From the NCBI GenBank assembly GCA_973895155.1, contig OZ316891.1, positions 28,153,145 through 28,217,144 on the forward strand: a stretch of DNA of 64,000 nucleotides, given 5' to 3'. The first letter of the stretch is position 1; the number at the start of each line of letters is the position of its first letter. Positions 60,033 through 64,000 of the stretch are shown here, one piece after another. A model generated the notes under the pieces. The model was not told the DNA's origin and did no database searches. It saw only the letters and a program-made list of their open reading frames with translations. The position numbers and the translations under genes were made by a program. This DNA is from Marsupella aquatica. Lineage: Eukaryota; Plantae; Marchantiophyta.

Positions 60033-63024
60033 TTAGATCTGTACTTTATTTTTCCTTTCAAACTTTTTTGCGAACATACTTAGTAGGAGATCATGACGGA
60101 ACTTTTCATATGCTTCCACACTGGACTTTGCCCACTGACAGAAAGCGATATCTGAGATGGTTAACAGCCGCATTGGGAAGGGGCCCTCTGGAGTTCTTTC
60201 TAAAAATTCGGAGTACCTATGGCGAGGAATAATTCTTTGATTAAAGACAGGCTAAAATAAGCTGGAAAACTGGTGACAGTATGTACACCACCGTTGAGCT
60301 CTTTCACGAGGTAATTGTATTTGGGCTGCAAGCAGTTCTCGACAGAAAGAGAAAGAATCTGCACAAGCAGCAGTTCAGAGTGTTAGACATGACAGACACA
60401 TGAAAGGAAACACCATAGTTATCATCTGGAAGGAAAATTACACAAACGAGAGATCCAGCAAGTGAAGCGAAAGGGGCCAACCTGTGTTAATCTCGAAAGC
60501 ACTTTGCTAACATCATCTTCACTCATTCCTAAGCTCCGAAGGTATTTAACACGGGGACGAACTCCGTCCTGCATACTGTAGTGAAGAAGTTGAGGATGTC
60601 TGGTAACCATCTTTGCAAGCGTTTCTTTGGATAGTTTCAATTCGTTGAGGTAGAAGTCTAACCTTGGTTCCAAAGAATCTTGTATGCTCTGTGTCAGGAT
60701 CTGAGGACTTCGCATTACAATCTTGCCAATGTCCTCAGACCTAATGCCCACAATTTTCACCAGATAAGATATTCTGGGTTTGATGGATCTCTCTAAGCTA
60801 CATTCTAATAAACTGGGTGCTACAGTAATAATCTTTCCTAGTTTAGACTCATCCAAACCTAGGCTTTTCAGATATTTCACCCGAGGTTTCATTGCCTGCT
60901 CTACTCTATACTCTAAAATTTGCGGATGCCTTACAACTAGTTTTGGTAGGTGCTGAAACTGAACCCCTACACTAAGAAGAAACTCAACTCGCTCTTTTAC
61001 CCCATTTACATTTGCTTGAAGGCAGGATTTATGCTTGTCTACTATTCTGATGAATTCCCTCTCCCGCACACCCACAGAGTGCAGATACGCAAGCAGTGCC
61101 TCACATTTATCCTCGAGGCCAAATCTTTTTGACATGGAACTTCCATCCCCATCCTCCTTGCCGCCAGCATCCTGTCAAGGAAAGAACAGCGACGCTTGTG
61201 GTGTGAAAATCACCCAAATCCAGGTACAATAAGACACCAGGGATTTAAATAACATTTTAGAGTCATAAAATCATAGAGAAAAGTAAAACTGTGAACAGGG
61301 ATCGCCGATTCATTGACAATCCTGACGCAAAGTAGGGACAAAAGTGGCCCAATGAGAGGACCAAATTGAACAAAAAACTGCACGATATTACAAAAGCAGG
61401 AGGTGGTGCAGGTGTCCTATTAGAGTCTCATACCACAGGCGAAACAGTCCCATGTTTTAGGCTTGAACTTGTTGTGATCTTGAAAACAGTTTCACTCGTT
61501 GGGATTTTTGCAAGTCCGTTCGATGTTTGTACTTTCACGCTTGGCGTAGTTTCTGCCAGCGCCGAAACCCTTAACTTTTGCCGTCGGATTATCTGATATG
61601 CCTGCTCTTCCCAAGCGGAATCCGATAAAAACTTGTCACCATTATTTATCAAATGCATGTCATCCACATTAGATCGTGCACGTGCAGACTTGAATTTGAT
61701 TCCAAGTGGACCAGACTTAATCCGAGTCCCATTCAGCCCATCTGATCTGACCTGCTGCTTGATTGCAGGATTCTTCCCTGCCTTTGGTACCTGTGTGATG
61801 ACCTGTGGGCTTCCCATGCTGGCAACCCTGTTTGCTCCAGCCCTGGTAATCCTTTTCCCTTTACGATGACTCTTTCGGCCATCAAGTTCCTCCTCCAGAT
61901 ACTCCATCTCCAACACATGGAAATCCTGTTCACATCCAAACAATCTACGGTGTGAGAAACAGCTCTGCGCAAACTAGCGGACATCGAATAGCTGATTGCT
62001 ATCATATGCGGGACCAGCAAGCAAGTGGGGCAAAAGTGGCTCTAGTGATCATTAATCTCCAAATTACTTGAAACTGGAAATCTTGCCAAGTGAGTGCGCC
62101 TGACTACAACTTTTCATGGACCTGGAAATCTTGCCAACTGGAAATCTTGCCAAGTGAGTGGGCCTGACTACAACTTTTCATGGACCTAAAGGACAGTGCT
62201 CTACAGGGTTTCACTGTCCCTACAAGTTTTTGCACCTTTGTGTCCGATCTCGTACTGGTAGGTATAGGGGAAACGTCACCTTGTATCCCTACTTCTTCAA
62301 GGAGCAAATAATCTGGCATAATTGGAGTAGTTCTCAAAACTGAAACCAAGGGATGGAAATCAAATTCCATGACTTCTAGAAAACAGATACACCTTTAAAG
62401 CCACTGCAGTTCTCAAATTGAAGCGAAGGAAGGGCCGGGCGGGGGGGGGGGGAGGGGGTCAAATATACTGAAGGCCTTCTAATTTCTTGGCATTGGATGG
62501 GGAGTCAAACAGCCAAAGGCTCTCTCTTCTATTCCCTGACAAAAGAGGCTCGACCTTCACAATCCATTCAGATCTTCATTCAGCCATTCATCTACACCAA
62601 GACAAGTAACATACACAATACTAGAGCAAGCAAACAGGCTAGCTTGCTCACTCACCGCGGACAGCGCGTCGCAGAGCTCGTCGTCATCGTCACAATCCGT
62701 GGTCGGGAGAGGCTCTCCAAAACGAGAACGCCGGTTGGATCTCTTGATCTTCGCACTGGACTGCTGGGACGACGCTACCACCACACCCACCGGTGCAGCG
62801 GCAGCCGCTGCTGTCGACGACGATATCACCCCTACTGCTGCTGCTGCTGCTGTTGTTGTTCTTGCTGCTCGTCCAACTCCGCCGACCGATTTCACCGAGA
62901 AGTATTTCGCCTGAGCCACCACCACGAACTGCGGCTCATAGCTGCTGCTGCTGCTGCTGGGCCTGCTTCTGTTGGCAATTAATGCAGGACTGTTTCCTTG
63001 CCTTCCCACCACAGCAGCGGCCAT
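60033..63024 (-). CDS. MTERF9: Plastid-type mTERF family protein (mTERF9-like); apparent 1-nt frameshift in the last exon
   Basis: Exons 63024-62656, 61925-61434, 61171-60482 and 60358-60033 (phase-0 introns). mTERF repeats (HPQILEY.VE..MKPRV.YL..LG). The C-terminus QRIIPRHR...GPFPM...FCQWA.SSVE.Y..FR..LLL..FA.K resembles mTERF9 but lies in a different frame after about 60241. Confidence 0.85.
62072..62186. repeat. ~64-bp tandem duplication in mTERF intron 1
   Basis: aactggaaatcttgccaagtgagtg.gcctgactacaacttttcatggacct occurs twice. Confidence 0.85.
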
Positions 63025-63296
63025 CGCTCCCGTCTCACCGAGCTGCGAGGCATTCCATGAATGGGTAGAGAGGAAGAAAGAAAGAATCGAGCAATGAGAG
63101 GCGACTCAGATCGCGACGCGATGTTGGCTGCTTCTGTTGGTAATTAATGCAGGACCATTCCATTGCCTTCCCACCACCGCAGCGGCCATCGCTCCCGTCT
63201 CATCGAGCTGCGAGGAATTCCATCATTCCATGAATTGGCAGAGAGGAAGAAAGTGTCGAGCTACCAGAGGCGATTGAGATCGCGACGAGATGTTCA
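62963..63296. repeat. 165-bp tandem duplication spanning the mTERF start codon
   Basis: ctgcttctgttgg.aattaatgcaggac...gcagcggccatcgctcccgtctca.cgagctgcgagg...agatcgcgacg.gatgtt at about 62963 and 63128. Confidence 0.9.
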
Positions 63297-64000
63297 TTTT
63301 CGCGATGTGGGGAAGCAAAATGCTCGGGCTGTTTCCTATATGGCGACAGAATCGTGAAAGGAACGCCAAATTCTGGATTCTCTCGCTGATTTCGCGATCA
63401 CAATTTTTCATTATTCTATTGGTGCTTTCGTGATAACAATTTTTAATTTTTTTAAAATGAAAATCATCGAAACCCCACGAAAAGGGAAGAGTTTGTCATA
63501 ACATTTGAACACTAGATATATGAGTTTCAACACAAGTGAACTACTACACATACATGTCTCTCTGGTAAGCCATAACAATTTGTAACCTGGCCCGGGGACC
63601 AAAGAGGTATGGTCAGAACTATTGCAAATGCACTCTCTTTAATATTCTTGTATATTTTGGAGAATCATATGCAAAGAAAAAAATTTTGGAGGCATTTTCG
63701 GGCCCCAACCACAAAGCTGAACTGAAAAAGATGTTCAAATTGATGAAAGTAAAGTCTAGATGGACCTAGGGGTGTGCTTTGAGCGAAGCCCCCATAGATT
63801 TCCAAAGCTGGAATGGAGTGACTCAAAACATCAAAATCTGTTAGGATAGCATTTTTTTAATAATTTTGATTCATATGTGACCTAAAATTAGTTCGTGGAC
63901 CCCTGGCTACATTTTTTAGGCCTTGTTTGAGCTTGCGTTTTGAGAGGCTAATATGGTCCATACAAGGGTCCATAATGCTCTGCTAGCACACATTAAAACA

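Overview
Eukaryotic nuclear DNA from a land plant, most likely a non-seed plant. That guess rests on PPR style and gene and intron structure; the species cannot be determined. Eight protein genes can be reconstructed by hand. In order: an intronless A-type cyclin (-), mitochondrial ribosomal protein L35 (+, 4 exons), 60S acidic ribosomal protein P2 (-, 2 exons), plastid SufB (-, 2 exons), a PLS-class PPR protein with no E/DYW domain (-), an LRR-extensin (+, 2 exons), CFAP20/BUG22 (+, 5 coding exons) and an mTERF9-like gene (-, 4 exons). The mTERF gene has an apparent 1-nt frameshift and a duplicated start region. The intergenic space is full of decayed and nested transposons. These include a CACTG-ended element with a TA duplication, a CRE-like non-LTR relic, a Mutator-like element with a 10-bp TSD, and a solo LTR inside a truncated LINE inside an integrase relic. 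There is also a long-TIR MITE family, tRNA-like repeats and many minisatellites. No rRNA, true tRNA or CRISPR array is supported. I did not find a clearly new biological system. The best leads are the intronless double-D-box cyclin, the mTERF anomalies, the tRNA-like Pol III-type repeats and the unusual transposon types.
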